From Methanobacteriota archaeon (GTDB taxonomy: Archaea; Thermoplasmatota; Poseidoniia; Poseidoniales; Poseidoniaceae), in contig JABJFI010000002.1 of the NCBI GenBank assembly GCA_018662825.1, positions 57-64,056 of the forward strand: a DNA stretch of 64,000 nt. Reading direction: 5' to 3'. The notes beneath the pieces were generated by a model. The model made no database searches. It was given only the letters and a program-made list of their open reading frames with translations, and was not told the DNA's origin. A program made the translations under genes and the position numbers. Numbering within the stretch: position 1 is the first letter of the stretch; each line of letters begins with the position of its first letter. Positions 17,302 to 27,543 of the stretch are shown here, piece by piece.

Positions 17302-18300
17302 ATGAGTGGATTGAACATTCTGGTTACTGGTGGTGCCGGATTCATCGGGTCATCATTGTGCGAACGCTTGGTCATTGAGGGTCATAATGTTCTAGCCTAT
17401 GATTCACTATTTCGTGGCCGAAAATCAAATCTATCCTCGCTTCAGGCTCATGCCGATTTTCAATTCATGCAAGGGGATGTTCGTGATATTGACCGATTGG
17501 ATGAGGCGATTGAACTCTTAGGGGGGGTGGATATTGTCTATCACCTTGCGGCTGTGAATGGGACCAAGTGGTTTCATGAAGCTGCTCATTCAGTGATTGA
17601 TGTCAACATTAACGGAACACTTCGTACCCTTGAGTTAGCGATGGCTCACGATGCTCGATATGTTCTTGCATCTTCACCTGAGGCATTTGGTGAGGCTTTG
17701 CAACAACCTATTCAAAACGGCAATGACATGACTTTTACCGACCCATCAATTCACCAACGCCATTCGTATGGAGCCAGCAAGTATCTTGATGAAATTGCAT
17801 CACAACACGCGGCACGTGACGGCCTTGACGTTCGAATTGTTCGACCATTCAACGCCTACGGGCCCCGACTACTCGGAGATGAGTATGGGCAAGTTGTTGC
17901 GATGTTTTTTCAAGCCATACTCTCCAATGAATCGATAAAATTACACAACGGTGGAAAGCAAACACGTTCTTTCACATGGATTGATGATGTGGTTGAGGGT
18001 TTTGTTCTCGCAGGTCTTCAAGACAAGAGCCTTCAAAATGAGTCGCTCACTGGTTGTGCTTTGAACATCGGTTCGACAGAGGAAATCACAATTCAACAGT
18101 TGCAAGAAACTATCTTTTCACTTATTTCAAATGATGAGACTTGGGTGGGGAAGTTGCCAAAAATTGAATCCATTGATGGCTACCACGGTGATGCAAAACG
18201 TCGACTACCAGATTGCAGTCAAGCAGAAACACTACTCGGCTGGAAATCAAAGACTTCACTAGAACAAGGATTGTCCATGATGTGGTCATCATTACGATGA
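17302..18300 (+). CDS. NAD-dependent NDP-sugar epimerase/dehydratase (extended SDR)
   Basis: LVTGGAGFIGS, HLAA, YGASK (YxxxK), RPFNAYGPR, QTRSFTWIDD. SD GAGGTGA at 17291. Confidence 0.9.
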   Translation: MSGLNILVTGGAGFIGSSLCERLVIEGHNVLAYDSLFRGRKSNLSSLQAHADFQFMQGDVRDIDRLDEAIELLGGVDIVYHLAAVNGTKWFHEAAHSVIDVNINGTLRTLELAMAHDARYVLASSPEAFGEALQQPIQNGNDMTFTDPSIHQRHSYGASKYLDEIASQHAARDGLDVRIVRPFNAYGPRLLGDEYGQVVAMFFQAILSNESIKLHNGGKQTRSFTWIDDVVEGFVLAGLQDKSLQNESLTGCALNIGSTEEITIQQLQETIFSLISNDETWVGKLPKIESIDGYHGDAKRRLPDCSQAETLLGWKSKTSLEQGLSMMWSSLR

Positions 18301-19113
18301 ATCAGGTTTTGAGCCGTAGTGCTTGAGAACTTTTTTGCCCCATGAATCGGGTGCGGGCGTGAGGCGGTCATGGCCATGCTGACACAAAATATCCAGACCA
18401 TTTGCTGGCATTGTTTGTTCAGTGGTCCACAACCCAGTTACTCGCAATATGGCAAGACGTGCTACTGCATCAGGAAGTGCTCGGTCTTCAAGGAATTCAA
18501 CCTCCAAGGCAGCTACAGCCTCGTTGATTAGCAATGCATCAACAGGGTTAGGGGTCAACCCTGCAAGGTTCCATTCACTTTCCCCTTCAGGTAGCGGACT
18601 CGCTGTTTCATCAATGGAATTAACAGCAGAGATTGAACTTGGCATGAAATGAAGAATTGCCCTATTGGTTGAGCGCAGGTTATGGAGCGTGTCTCGGTAA
18701 CGTCCCTCGCGGTTGCAACTAAATGATGCGATAAGGAGAGGCGGGTCAGTGGAAACCGCCATGACAGATGTGTAAGGTGCCAAATTTTTGTTTCCTTGTT
18801 CATCTTGTGTTGATGCGATAACCAACGGGCGAGGGGATAACAGGCCAGATAACCAACCAGCGCGTTGTGCATGTTCCAATTTCTCGACATCAATTCGTCG
18901 AGCATCTTCCATGCCTTTGGTTGGATGCGGTGTGAACCAGTGGTCAAGTTTGCCTTCGTTTATTTCTAAGATGGCATGGTCGTTGAATTCGATGTATGAC
19001 TTCCATGGTTCAGTCTGTTCAAACTCACCGCGTTCAGTTTTCCGAATGATTGAATCCTCGGCATAGGCATTGCAACGCTTTAGATAATCGAGTACAGCAC
19101 CTTTTCTATCCAT
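18292..19113 (-). CDS. Flavin reductase-like (FMN-binding split barrel) protein with N-terminal extension
   Basis: PRPLVIAST, NLAPYT, DPPLL, DTLHNL, EGESEWNLAGLTP are typical of this family; ~60-aa extra N-terminal segment. Confidence 0.75.
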   Translation of the reverse strand: MDRKGAVLDYLKRCNAYAEDSIIRKTERGEFEQTEPWKSYIEFNDHAILEINEGKLDHWFTPHPTKGMEDARRIDVEKLEHAQRAGWLSGLLSPRPLVIASTQDEQGNKNLAPYTSVMAVSTDPPLLIASFSCNREGRYRDTLHNLRSTNRAILHFMPSSISAVNSIDETASPLPEGESEWNLAGLTPNPVDALLINEAVAALEVEFLEDRALPDAVARLAILRVTGLWTTEQTMPANGLDILCQHGHDRLTPAPDSWGKKVLKHYGSKPDSS

Positions 19114-19626
19114 TCACTCACCTTGTTCACTGTTTGCTGTTTCTATTTTGAGTTGTAGTTGTTTTTCATTGTATACATTTCGCATCATCAAAAACACGGC
19201 AGGATTACCTGCCCAGACTTCGTTGTCAGGCAGGTTTCTGGTAAGCGTTGAGCCAGCGCCAAGAACTGCATTGTTTCCAACAGAGCAACCAGCGATGACG
19301 GTTGCTCCACCCCCGATGACAGAATCATTGCCGATTTGAACCGGTTGCCACTGCAAGGGATTTCTAGAAGGAGGATATTTGTCATTGAGAATTGTTGCAT
19401 TCGGGCCAATAAATACTCGGTCGCCTAGTTCGCATTCATCGGCGATGTAAGCACCTCCTTGAACTCGACATGCATCTCCAAGAGTTACTTTTCGTCCGAT
19501 ATGTGCCAATGCTCCAATAGAGCATTCTTTTCCAATATTTACATCTGCTCCCATATGGCAAGGGGCCCATGCAACGCTCTCTCTTCCCAGTTCGATACGT
19601 TGGCCAGGAGGAGAATCAAACTTCAT
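19114..19626 (-). CDS. Hexapeptide-repeat sugar N-acetyltransferase (WbpD/WlbB-like)
   Basis: Left-handed beta-helix repeats (IGKECSIG, LGDRVFIGPNA, IGNDSVIGGGA), NDKYP motif, WAGNPA. Confidence 0.8.
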   Translation of the reverse strand: MKFDSPPGQRIELGRESVAWAPCHMGADVNIGKECSIGALAHIGRKVTLGDACRVQGGAYIADECELGDRVFIGPNATILNDKYPPSRNPLQWQPVQIGNDSVIGGGATVIAGCSVGNNAVLGAGSTLTRNLPDNEVWAGNPAVFLMMRNVYNEKQLQLKIETANSEQGE

Positions 19627-19634
19627 TTAATCCC

Positions 19635-20120
19635 TCATTCGGTTAATCCGAGTTCTCGAAGTAGCATGCCAACATGCCCCTTTGCTTTGACATTGTATCG
19701 CAGCCAGGAAAAGGTTCCATCGGGCCCAATAACAAATGTAGAACGCGAACAACCCATGTATTCTCTGCCATAATTTTTCTTGAGTCGCCAAGTACCATAT
19801 GACTCATGCAATACCCCTTCTTGGTCCATAAGAAGTGGGAAGTTAAGTTCTTTTTTGGTAATGAATTTTTCATGAGAACCTTCGGAACCTTTAGAGACGC
19901 CAAGTACAATATAACTTTCTGAGGATAAACGAGCCATGTTGTCACGGAAATCACATGCTTGAGTTGTACAACCCGGGGTTGAATCACGCGGGTAAAAATA
20001 CAGAATGACCGTCTTTCCAGCAGCGGTATATGCCGACAAGTCATGCATTTCACCTTTTGAATCGGCACAATTGAATTGTGGGGCTTTTTGTCCAACCTCG
20101 TGAGTTATTGCTACGCTCAT
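19635..20120 (-). CDS. bcp: Peroxiredoxin Q / bacterioferritin comigratory protein
   Basis: LYFYPRDSTPGCTTQACDFRD and RSTFVIG. ORF track start 20153; ATG 20120 preferred. Confidence 0.92.
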   Translation of the reverse strand: MSVAITHEVGQKAPQFNCADSKGEMHDLSAYTAAGKTVILYFYPRDSTPGCTTQACDFRDNMARLSSESYIVLGVSKGSEGSHEKFITKKELNFPLLMDQEGVLHESYGTWRLKKNYGREYMGCSRSTFVIGPDGTFSWLRYNVKAKGHVGMLLRELGLTE

Positions 20121-20143
20121 GACGCTCGCACTTGCCAGAAGGA

Positions 20144-20149
20144 CATGAA
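20144..20149 (-). promoter_or_regulatory. Putative TATA-equivalent hexamer TTCATG (bcp operon)
   Basis: -29..-24 from ATG 20120. Confidence 0.5.
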
Positions 20150-20290
20150 GCATTGCATTAGGCTATTTTGTGTCAATTTTGGGTGCCTTTGTCCCTCTTT
20201 CTTTGGCATGTAAGTCTTTAGTAGTGCTTTTATGCATAATGGGTGGCTTTAGTTGCATAACGGGTGAACCCATGCAAACCGACCGATTCT

Positions 20291-20296
20291 TTCAAT
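20291..20296 (+). promoter_or_regulatory. Putative TATA-equivalent hexamer TTCAAT (archaellum operon)
   Basis: -30..-25 from ATG 20321. Confidence 0.5.
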
Positions 20297-20320
20297 AACC
20301 GGCGAGTATTGAGAGGGTGT

Positions 20321-20752
20321 ATGGTGGCTACGCGAATGTCGAGAAGATGTCGCCGCTACTCGAAGCAAATTCAGCGTACAAACACGAAATTTGAACTTCA
20401 AACCATTGCCAGTAACATTCAAAGTGAATTAGATAAGCGTAATTTGTCGTATGATGAAGCACTCACTCTTGGTAACATCATTCAAAACCGTGCAGATCAA
20501 TTACCTGGCGACACCATAGTCTATGCCGTTTCTGACCGTGATGCATATCGACGCACTTTGGAATTATACTTGAGAGATGCACTTCTCTCTCAAACTGAAC
20601 AACTACTTCTTTGGGAAGAGCGCCGACGTCTTGGAATCACTGATATCGAACATGAACGCTTACTGGAACAACTTCTCCTTCAGTGGCGCCGTCAAGGAAA
20701 GAAAGTTACTATCGCCCGTTTCGATTCCCCCGGAGGTGGCGCATCTGCTTAA
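20321..20752 (+). CDS. Hypothetical helical protein with ENT/TerB-C-like motif; first gene of the archaellum operon
   Basis: AYRRTLELYLRDALLSQTEQLLLWEERRRLGITDIEHERLL. ATG 20321 preferred over ORF track start 20264; 3' end overlaps the next gene. Confidence 0.65.
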   Translation: MVATRMSRRCRRYSKQIQRTNTKFELQTIASNIQSELDKRNLSYDEALTLGNIIQNRADQLPGDTIVYAVSDRDAYRRTLELYLRDALLSQTEQLLLWEERRRLGITDIEHERLLEQLLLQWRRQGKKVTIARFDSPGGGASA

Positions 20753-23700
20753 TTTACGTTTGAAACAAGGCACTTTGGCTACAATCTTGGTCTTGTTATT
20801 CCTCGTTCCTTCCTTTTTGCCCCTTGTAGGTGCTGATGGTGATGAAGAATCGAGCACCTCCTCCCGTAACAGCCAACTCGATTTCACCTTCCGTAATCCA
20901 CTTCAAATAAGCGATTCAGGTTCTGCAGTAATCGATGGCTCCTTGTACCTAGAACCGGGCACTCACACGATAACTGCAAATGTATCTGCTACCGGAAGCG
21001 GAAGTGGAGAACTTTGGCTCGTACTTCAACACAAAGGCTCTCCTATTCTCTCATTTTCCGATACCACGACAATTTCTATGGGCACAGTCAATGGAAATGG
21101 TGGAACTCTTGACATCCCTCCAGTCTCCTTTTCTTGGACGGCAACAACAGGTGCCGGCCAAGAACTGAGGGTGAAAATCGTATCATCAAACGAAGCTGGA
21201 AATCAACTCGGAAACAACATCCAACCAATCCCCTTGGCTTTTTCAGTTGAACACAAGCATTTCGGCGAAGTTCTTGGCAACACATTCCCGGCAATTGTCC
21301 CTGAAACCAATCAAATGACAATTGCAAATACAATCAATACTCTCAATGTGACTGCGACCAATTCTGGTGTCAAAGCACTTTCAGCGACAATGACAATTAC
21401 TCTCCGTGACAATTCAAGTACACCAATAGTCCATTCATTCACATCAAATACAGAAATACTTCAACCAGGAACCTTTACGCTTACCCCAATTCAAGAGTCA
21501 AAGATTCTTAGTGCCGCACTTGATTCTACTACTTTGACAGGAGTGTGGAATTTCTCTGCAACTGTTCTCTATTCCGGAACTTCGTGGTCTGAAACGGTCA
21601 CGGTAAGCGAAACATGGGTTAAATTCAGCGATTATAACGCGATTGTTCTTTCTCCTTCAACACAGATTGCTGAACCCGGTGAATCAACCGTCTTAACTTT
21701 CATTGTTCAAAACACAGGTGTTGTCGATGACCTTTTCAGTATCTCGATGGGTGAAAGTGCGGCACCTGGTTGGACCTCAGGAATCGCACCCTCATTCGGT
21801 TCAACACTCCCAGCAGGTTCAGTGCGTCTAATCACCGTACCTGTTGATGTTCCATCTAATGCTGCCCGTTCAATGACCAATACGGTAACGCTCACCTTTA
21901 CTTCAATCAATTCGGCTGATAATTACCAAATTAGTGGAGTTGGCAGAGTCATGGTTGGCGATTTCTTTAATGGTACAGCAGAATTTTTGAATGCTGAGGT
22001 CGCCAAGCCAATCCTACCTGGGGCCTCGGCTAATTTTACTGTTCAAGTCAATAATACAGGTAGCGTTGCCTCAGCATTTTCCCTACACACCGGTCTTTCG
22101 GTTAATGCATTGAATTGGACAATAGAAGTTGGAACAAATAACAGTGATGAATACTCTACACGTGTCATTCCATTCGGCGGTTCTGAATTGGTTGCTATCA
22201 CAATTACTGCACCTCCGATTCAAAATCCGATTGTCACCGGTGAATACAATTCCGCAGACGATGTGATTGGCATTTGGATACAATGTCAACCAATCGATGG
22301 AGGAGTTCCTTCGACCGATAATGCTTCAGTCAAAATTTCTCCCATCATTGTGGTTGACCCTGGGATAAATACTGAACCAGACCTTATGACATCTGAAGAA
22401 GTTGAAGCAACGATTACAGGAACTATCTTTTCACGGAATCCAGCCTTGAATCTCCGAGTCCTTCACAATCTCCCGACAATACTTCTTAGCCAACCACTTG
22501 ATGCTGTAATTACTGTTGATAAGAGTTTCACCGCCAGCGGAGACGGCGGATTCAGTGAAGCAGAACGGTGGGATGTTTCGGTATCAAACCCAATCCACAA
22601 TGGAATCACGCCGGATTACAGCGATTCAACCACCTTGAATATCGCAGGACCACCAACGGGAGAATATCCTCTTGCTGGAACCTTCACAGTTTCAGTAACT
22701 GTTACGCCAACACTTAGTGCCGCACTTGTTGGAAGTGGCGTTAGTGCAGTCCCAGTCACTCGAGATTACACCTTAATTGTTCCTTCAACAGTCAAAGGAA
22801 CCTTCGAATCTCCTGCAGATACGAGTATTCTCTACAATAATTATGACATAAATGTCGGCGTTGATAATCAAATCCCGATGCTTTTCGAAAACACAGGGAA
22901 CGATGTATCCTCCTACCGTGTTCGAGTTGTAAATAACCTACCGAATAACTGGATTGCTAATTTTAGTGAAACGGATTCCCTCATAGATAATTTGACATCA
23001 GATATCTCCGATGGAACTACAGATTCAAACCTACCTAATGGAAACACTACCCATACCCAGATTGTTAATTTCAACATCAAGACGGACCCATTGGCTCCTG
23101 CTGGACTAGAGCAACCGATAACGATTCGAATTGAAGATCCTTTCTCTGGGGAACTCATCGGTGATGAATTTGTATTCTTTGTCACTGTAGGGCAAATCTA
23201 CAACGCGACACTTTCTCCTACGAACCAATCTCTAGAAATGGACATTACAGAATCAACGTTTACTACTATTGAAATTACAAATACCGGTAATGCTCCAACC
23301 GACTACACAATATCCTTAGACACTACTTCAGCTGGAGAAGTGAATTTCGAAATAGAATCGCCTTTTGATTCTAAAATATTCATCGCAGCAGGATATCAAG
23401 AATCGATTCGAATAAAGATGACTGCGAATGCAAGTGCGAACTCTGACGGAGTCTATAATGCGACAGTATGGGTTTCAGCGAACGATGGCCAAATTTTACT
23501 CTCATCATATGTCTATGCGAATATTTCAGAGAACCATTCCTTTGGCATCACTGCACCTGAGCAGATTGCAGTTACTCCTGGAATGCAAGAAAAAGTTGAA
23601 TTCGAAATTACCAACAGTGGTAATCTCGAAGAATCAGTTGTAATTAATTTCACAATCGAAGGTAACATAACTCTCACTGATTATACAATGACTGAAACAA

Positions 23701-25784
23701 TTCCGATAGATGGCGTATACGCAGACCAAGTAATCGCCAACATCCCAAGCCTTGGAGGAACTGATTCTTTGGCTCAAGGAGATACTTTCAATCTCACTAT
23801 AACCGTGATTGACGCCGAAAGCGCCAAAATCTACAGAGTCCACACAGTTGAATTTATTGTCTTGCCACTATTTATTGTTGAATCAAATGATTGGCCATCA
23901 GTTATGGAATTTAGTGCTGAAGGGACACGAACTTGGGAGGTCACCCTCACTAATACTGGGAATCAAGATGTGACGGTTAGCGCAGTGTATGCAATTACCC
24001 GGCCCGGATTATCGAACCTATCTGCTGATTGGCAAATGGTCTCTGAATCATCCATGATTGTTCTACCTAGAAACACGCCAGTTGTTCATACATTTACTGT
24101 CAAAGAAATGTCTCCGAACCCACTCTTGTCGCTCACTGCAGACTTAACCCTCTTCCTTACACCGACCAATACTTCCATCGAAGGTAGTGGAGAATTTACC
24201 ACGCAAATGGTTATGTCAAGGTTCTTTTCTACAGCCGACATCCCAATTCAACCAAGTTTTGGTGATGATTACATAGAGGTTGATATCCCTTACTCGCATA
24301 TCCCTGAATCCACCGGTGCGCCTATCGCCTATGAAGTTGAGTTATGCGACTCAAACCGCCTCATAGACCTCGATGCCATGGGACTAACAGGCTCAGGTTA
24401 TTCGTGGAATATCACCCTTATCGAAGTGTTTGCAGATGGGACAGAAGACCACCACCTATTGGATCTTGAACAGGAATGCGGTACAACTTCAATTGGCCCA
24501 ACTTCAAGATACAACCTTCCTGAACAATCTCCTTGGAATCCATCGACTTTCAAACTGAAAGCTGAAATTCCAAGCCAAGACAGCATTCTTTCAGGCGATG
24601 GCTGGGACTTGACTTTCCGCCTCTACCATCCTGATGAAAACGCCGGCTATACTCAATTCACTGAAGAAACATTTACTCTAGCCTTAGCCGTATATTCTGA
24701 TCCAATGATTAAGAGTATTTCATCAACAGATGGATTCTTTGAAGAAGGTGAAGAAGGTATTATCACTGTAATTGTCAAAAATGTAGGAACTGCAACTGCT
24801 CTTGATGTTGTTGTAGATTTACAATGTGCTGGACTGACATTATCGACGAGTCAAGCCGACCAACCACCTCTATTGAATCGTTCAGCCGCCAATGGCCAGA
24901 ATTTCTCGATGATACCATTCTTTTTCCCTGGTACAGAATGGAAATTGGAATGGGTCGTGACCGCAGAATCCATTGATTGGTGGGAACAGCGCTCAGAAAT
25001 TTCATGTATTGCAAGTCTCAATGCTTCTTACATGGAAAGCAATGTCGTAGACAATGACCAAAAGACCCTAATTGAAGATGTACAATCGCAATCTCCTGGG
25101 ATTCAAAACAGTTTTATTGCTTGTATCACCTGTTTACTTGTCTCCATAATATTGTTCCGTCTAACCGCACAAAATGAAAACTTCCGATTGCTTGGAATAT
25201 ATTCTGGCGTAATTGGCTTAGGTTTCTCCTTCCATCTATTCCAATATGCTTGGTGGGGCTTTGTTGTCTTGACACTCTCTGCACTCTGGATTTGGCGAGT
25301 CAGTTGGGGAAGTACGGAAGAATTCAGATTACTTCATGAAGATTATCAACGTGCCCGAAAGGGAGTCTCTACCTTGTATGCAGATCATTTCGAGGAGTTA
25401 TCCAACACTCGCCGACAATTGAGTGTCATTTTGGCAGTTCCAGTTCTTGGTATGCTCGCTGTTGTTCTTGGAATCCCGCCTACAATTACGACGAATAACA
25501 CAAACATGGTGAGCCTTATTGCATATATCTCGGTTGTCATGATTGGAGTTTGGGTTCTCATTAAGAGAGCAGATGCAATGTATGGCTCATTATATGGCCG
25601 TCTTACTGATATCGAAGTGAAGGCGATACGTATTGAGAGAGATTTGGGAGACCCTGCTCGCCTCTTTAATGAATTGGCGGTTGATGGATTGAATTTAGAC
25701 GAGATTTTCGGTGATGCTGAATCCGCTCTAACAGGTAATTCCGATGCAATTTTTTCTAATGAGGAGGTGAACGATGATGCCTGA
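20736..25784 (+). CDS. Giant secreted Ig-like repeat (NPCBM-associated/CARDB-like) protein with multi-pass C-terminal membrane domain
   Basis: ORF 20577..25784; start uncertain (GTG 20736 / CTG 20745 / TTG 20760, near GGAGGTG) before a hydrophobic signal. Repeated (V/I)xNTG strands (VQNTGVVDD, VNNTGSVAS, FENTGNDVS, ITNTGNAPT, ITNSGNLEE, LTNTGNQDV, VKNVGTATA); ~5 TM helices at the C-terminus. Confidence 0.75.
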   Translation: MAHLLNLRLKQGTLATILVLLFLVPSFLPLVGADGDEESSTSSRNSQLDFTFRNPLQISDSGSAVIDGSLYLEPGTHTITANVSATGSGSGELWLVLQHKGSPILSFSDTTTISMGTVNGNGGTLDIPPVSFSWTATTGAGQELRVKIVSSNEAGNQLGNNIQPIPLAFSVEHKHFGEVLGNTFPAIVPETNQMTIANTINTLNVTATNSGVKALSATMTITLRDNSSTPIVHSFTSNTEILQPGTFTLTPIQESKILSAALDSTTLTGVWNFSATVLYSGTSWSETVTVSETWVKFSDYNAIVLSPSTQIAEPGESTVLTFIVQNTGVVDDLFSISMGESAAPGWTSGIAPSFGSTLPAGSVRLITVPVDVPSNAARSMTNTVTLTFTSINSADNYQISGVGRVMVGDFFNGTAEFLNAEVAKPILPGASANFTVQVNNTGSVASAFSLHTGLSVNALNWTIEVGTNNSDEYSTRVIPFGGSELVAITITAPPIQNPIVTGEYNSADDVIGIWIQCQPIDGGVPSTDNASVKISPIIVVDPGINTEPDLMTSEEVEATITGTIFSRNPALNLRVLHNLPTILLSQPLDAVITVDKSFTASGDGGFSEAERWDVSVSNPIHNGITPDYSDSTTLNIAGPPTGEYPLAGTFTVSVTVTPTLSAALVGSGVSAVPVTRDYTLIVPSTVKGTFESPADTSILYNNYDINVGVDNQIPMLFENTGNDVSSYRVRVVNNLPNNWIANFSETDSLIDNLTSDISDGTTDSNLPNGNTTHTQIVNFNIKTDPLAPAGLEQPITIRIEDPFSGELIGDEFVFFVTVGQIYNATLSPTNQSLEMDITESTFTTIEITNTGNAPTDYTISLDTTSAGEVNFEIESPFDSKIFIAAGYQESIRIKMTANASANSDGVYNATVWVSANDGQILLSSYVYANISENHSFGITAPEQIAVTPGMQEKVEFEITNSGNLEESVVINFTIEGNITLTDYTMTETIPIDGVYADQVIANIPSLGGTDSLAQGDTFNLTITVIDAESAKIYRVHTVEFIVLPLFIVESNDWPSVMEFSAEGTRTWEVTLTNTGNQDVTVSAVYAITRPGLSNLSADWQMVSESSMIVLPRNTPVVHTFTVKEMSPNPLLSLTADLTLFLTPTNTSIEGSGEFTTQMVMSRFFSTADIPIQPSFGDDYIEVDIPYSHIPESTGAPIAYEVELCDSNRLIDLDAMGLTGSGYSWNITLIEVFADGTEDHHLLDLEQECGTTSIGPTSRYNLPEQSPWNPSTFKLKAEIPSQDSILSGDGWDLTFRLYHPDENAGYTQFTEETFTLALAVYSDPMIKSISSTDGFFEEGEEGIITVIVKNVGTATALDVVVDLQCAGLTLSTSQADQPPLLNRSAANGQNFSMIPFFFPGTEWKLEWVVTAESIDWWEQRSEISCIASLNASYMESNVVDNDQKTLIEDVQSQSPGIQNSFIACITCLLVSIILFRLTAQNENFRLLGIYSGVIGLGFSFHLFQYAWWGFVVLTLSALWIWRVSWGSTEEFRLLHEDYQRARKGVSTLYADHFEELSNTRRQLSVILAVPVLGMLAVVLGIPPTITTNNTNMVSLIAYISVVMIGVWVLIKRADAMYGSLYGRLTDIEVKAIRIERDLGDPARLFNELAVDGLNLDEIFGDAESALTGNSDAIFSNEEVNDDA

Positions 25785-26943
25785 TGAAGAAATAATCGAC
25801 CCCGCTTCCGAAGAGAAGACACTCGATGAAATGCCACAATTCGAAGATGAAATTGATTCGGATGAGCAAGGCTCTTCAATACCGCAAGAAGATGAATCAG
25901 ATGCTTCTGTTCCAACTGAAGAAGAAGAGAATACCGCTGATGCGGAATCAGATGCAGATGCAGAGCCGGAAGAGCCAGAAGAGCCGGAAGATGCAGATTC
26001 TGGTGCAGATGCAGCTGATGCAGATGCAGAGCCAGAAGATACTACTGAGGCTTTGACTGAAGAGGCCATGGAAGTTTCTAGAGAACTAGAAAGTATGGTT
26101 TTGGGTGTTGCCAATGACGATACCAATTCTTTAGCAGGAACTGAAATTGAAATTGGTGATGCAAAGCGATTCTTACAATCGCACAAACTTCGACGTGCTT
26201 TGTCGAGTGTAAAAAATGCAGAATCATCTCTCATCGAGCTTGAAGAAGATGTCCTGTATCTCCGCCGTAACATTGCCATGTTGCATCGCTTGCTCAACGA
26301 GAAGAAAGTGAGTGCGCATGATATTGAAACCATACTTCTTCGCCTTCGCAGTGCGACAGGTGCTGCCGAAATAGGAGATGTTGGAGGTGCGGCAGGAGAA
26401 GTCGAGTTCCTTGTCGATGATTTGATTGGTGGAAACACCTCTACTCTCAACCCATTCTTATTCAGACATTTTTGGATGGGGTTAGAAACACGCTGGCCTG
26501 CTGGCGGCGATGAGGGCGTATTGGTTGTCCGTCTCATCAACGATGGACCAGTTGCTATGCCGCCAATGCGCCTTTCACCACCAATTCCTGAAGGCTGGAG
26601 TTCTACGCCTTCGTCAATTGACCTTCCGACAATTGCCCCGGGGGGTAATCTTCCTGTCCGATTCAACGTTGCTGCTAATCGACGCTATGGTGCGGACGAA
26701 ATACCATTGTCTCGTAAACTCGCTATTACCACTGGCTATGAAATGCGAACAGGTGAAGTCTTCATCACTATTCGTGCGCAAAATCGTTCAATGGAACCTC
26801 TTTCCGAAATTATACTCTCGCCCTGGTTCCCTCCGGGCTATACAGCAGATAAAGTTCCATTCGTCGACCGCCTTGCGCCCGACGAAGTAGCAATAATAAG
26901 GATGCCACTTCGCATCCAAATGAGTTCAGGAGGTAATGCCTGA
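25774..26943 (+). CDS. Hypothetical cytoplasmic protein: acidic disordered N-terminus, helical/coiled region, two C-terminal Ig-like domains
   Basis: 389-aa ORF overlapping the upstream stop, with SD GAGGAGGTGA; ~95-aa D/E-rich N-terminus; no signal peptide. Confidence 0.7.
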   Translation: MMPDEEIIDPASEEKTLDEMPQFEDEIDSDEQGSSIPQEDESDASVPTEEEENTADAESDADAEPEEPEEPEDADSGADAADADAEPEDTTEALTEEAMEVSRELESMVLGVANDDTNSLAGTEIEIGDAKRFLQSHKLRRALSSVKNAESSLIELEEDVLYLRRNIAMLHRLLNEKKVSAHDIETILLRLRSATGAAEIGDVGGAAGEVEFLVDDLIGGNTSTLNPFLFRHFWMGLETRWPAGGDEGVLVVRLINDGPVAMPPMRLSPPIPEGWSSTPSSIDLPTIAPGGNLPVRFNVAANRRYGADEIPLSRKLAITTGYEMRTGEVFITIRAQNRSMEPLSEIILSPWFPPGYTADKVPFVDRLAPDEVAIIRMPLRIQMSSGGNA

Positions 26944-26997
26944 CTCCATCCTATTCCACCCTATTGGGGGAAACTAAAAAAAAATGGTGAAAAAAAT

Positions 26998-27543
26998 ATG
27001 AAAGAAAATACGAACGAAAAAAGCGATAATATCGCTGCCATAGGTATTGGTGCAATGATTGTGTTCATTGCATTGATTCTAGTTGCAGCGGTAGCAGCAG
27101 CGGTCATTATACAGACGGCTGAAAAATTGCAGCAAAATGCACAAACGACAGGCGAAGAAACAACATCCTTGTTATCATCAAAAGTGATGGTAAAGAATGT
27201 TATTGTCCCTTCAGCCGGTGCTTTGTACATTACCTTTGAATTAGCCCCAGGGTCCGATACAATAACCGCAGCTCTAGTAGCTTGGGTTATTGTTTGTGGA
27301 ACTACTGGTATGGACTCAGGTACTTTCGCTGCAGCAACACTGGTTGGGACAGCTACCCTGCCCGGTGGGACTCTCAACCCTGGCACAACCTATGATTTAA
27401 CCATCTTAGCAGCAAGTTTGGCTAGTTGTGCCCCTACGGCAAATCAAGATCACATACTATCTATTCAATCAGGTACAGGCGGATTCAGTTTTGAAGAATT
27501 GAATTATGGTTCAGTTGTAACAGCAGGAGCGAAGGTAATATGA
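26998..27543 (+). CDS. flaB: Archaellin (archaeal flagellin) 1
   Basis: AIGIGAMIVFIALILVAAVAAAVIIQTAEKLQQNAQTTG is the conserved archaellin N-terminal helix; LAPGSD motif. Confidence 0.93.
   Translation: MKENTNEKSDNIAAIGIGAMIVFIALILVAAVAAAVIIQTAEKLQQNAQTTGEETTSLLSSKVMVKNVIVPSAGALYITFELAPGSDTITAALVAWVIVCGTTGMDSGTFAAATLVGTATLPGGTLNPGTTYDLTILAASLASCAPTANQDHILSIQSGTGGFSFEELNYGSVVTAGAKVI

Noticed and set aside
25385-26666. Long minus-strand ORFs 25385..25915 and 25728..26666
   Set aside because: Antisense to SD-led operon genes; their Ser-rich content mirrors the acidic sense protein.
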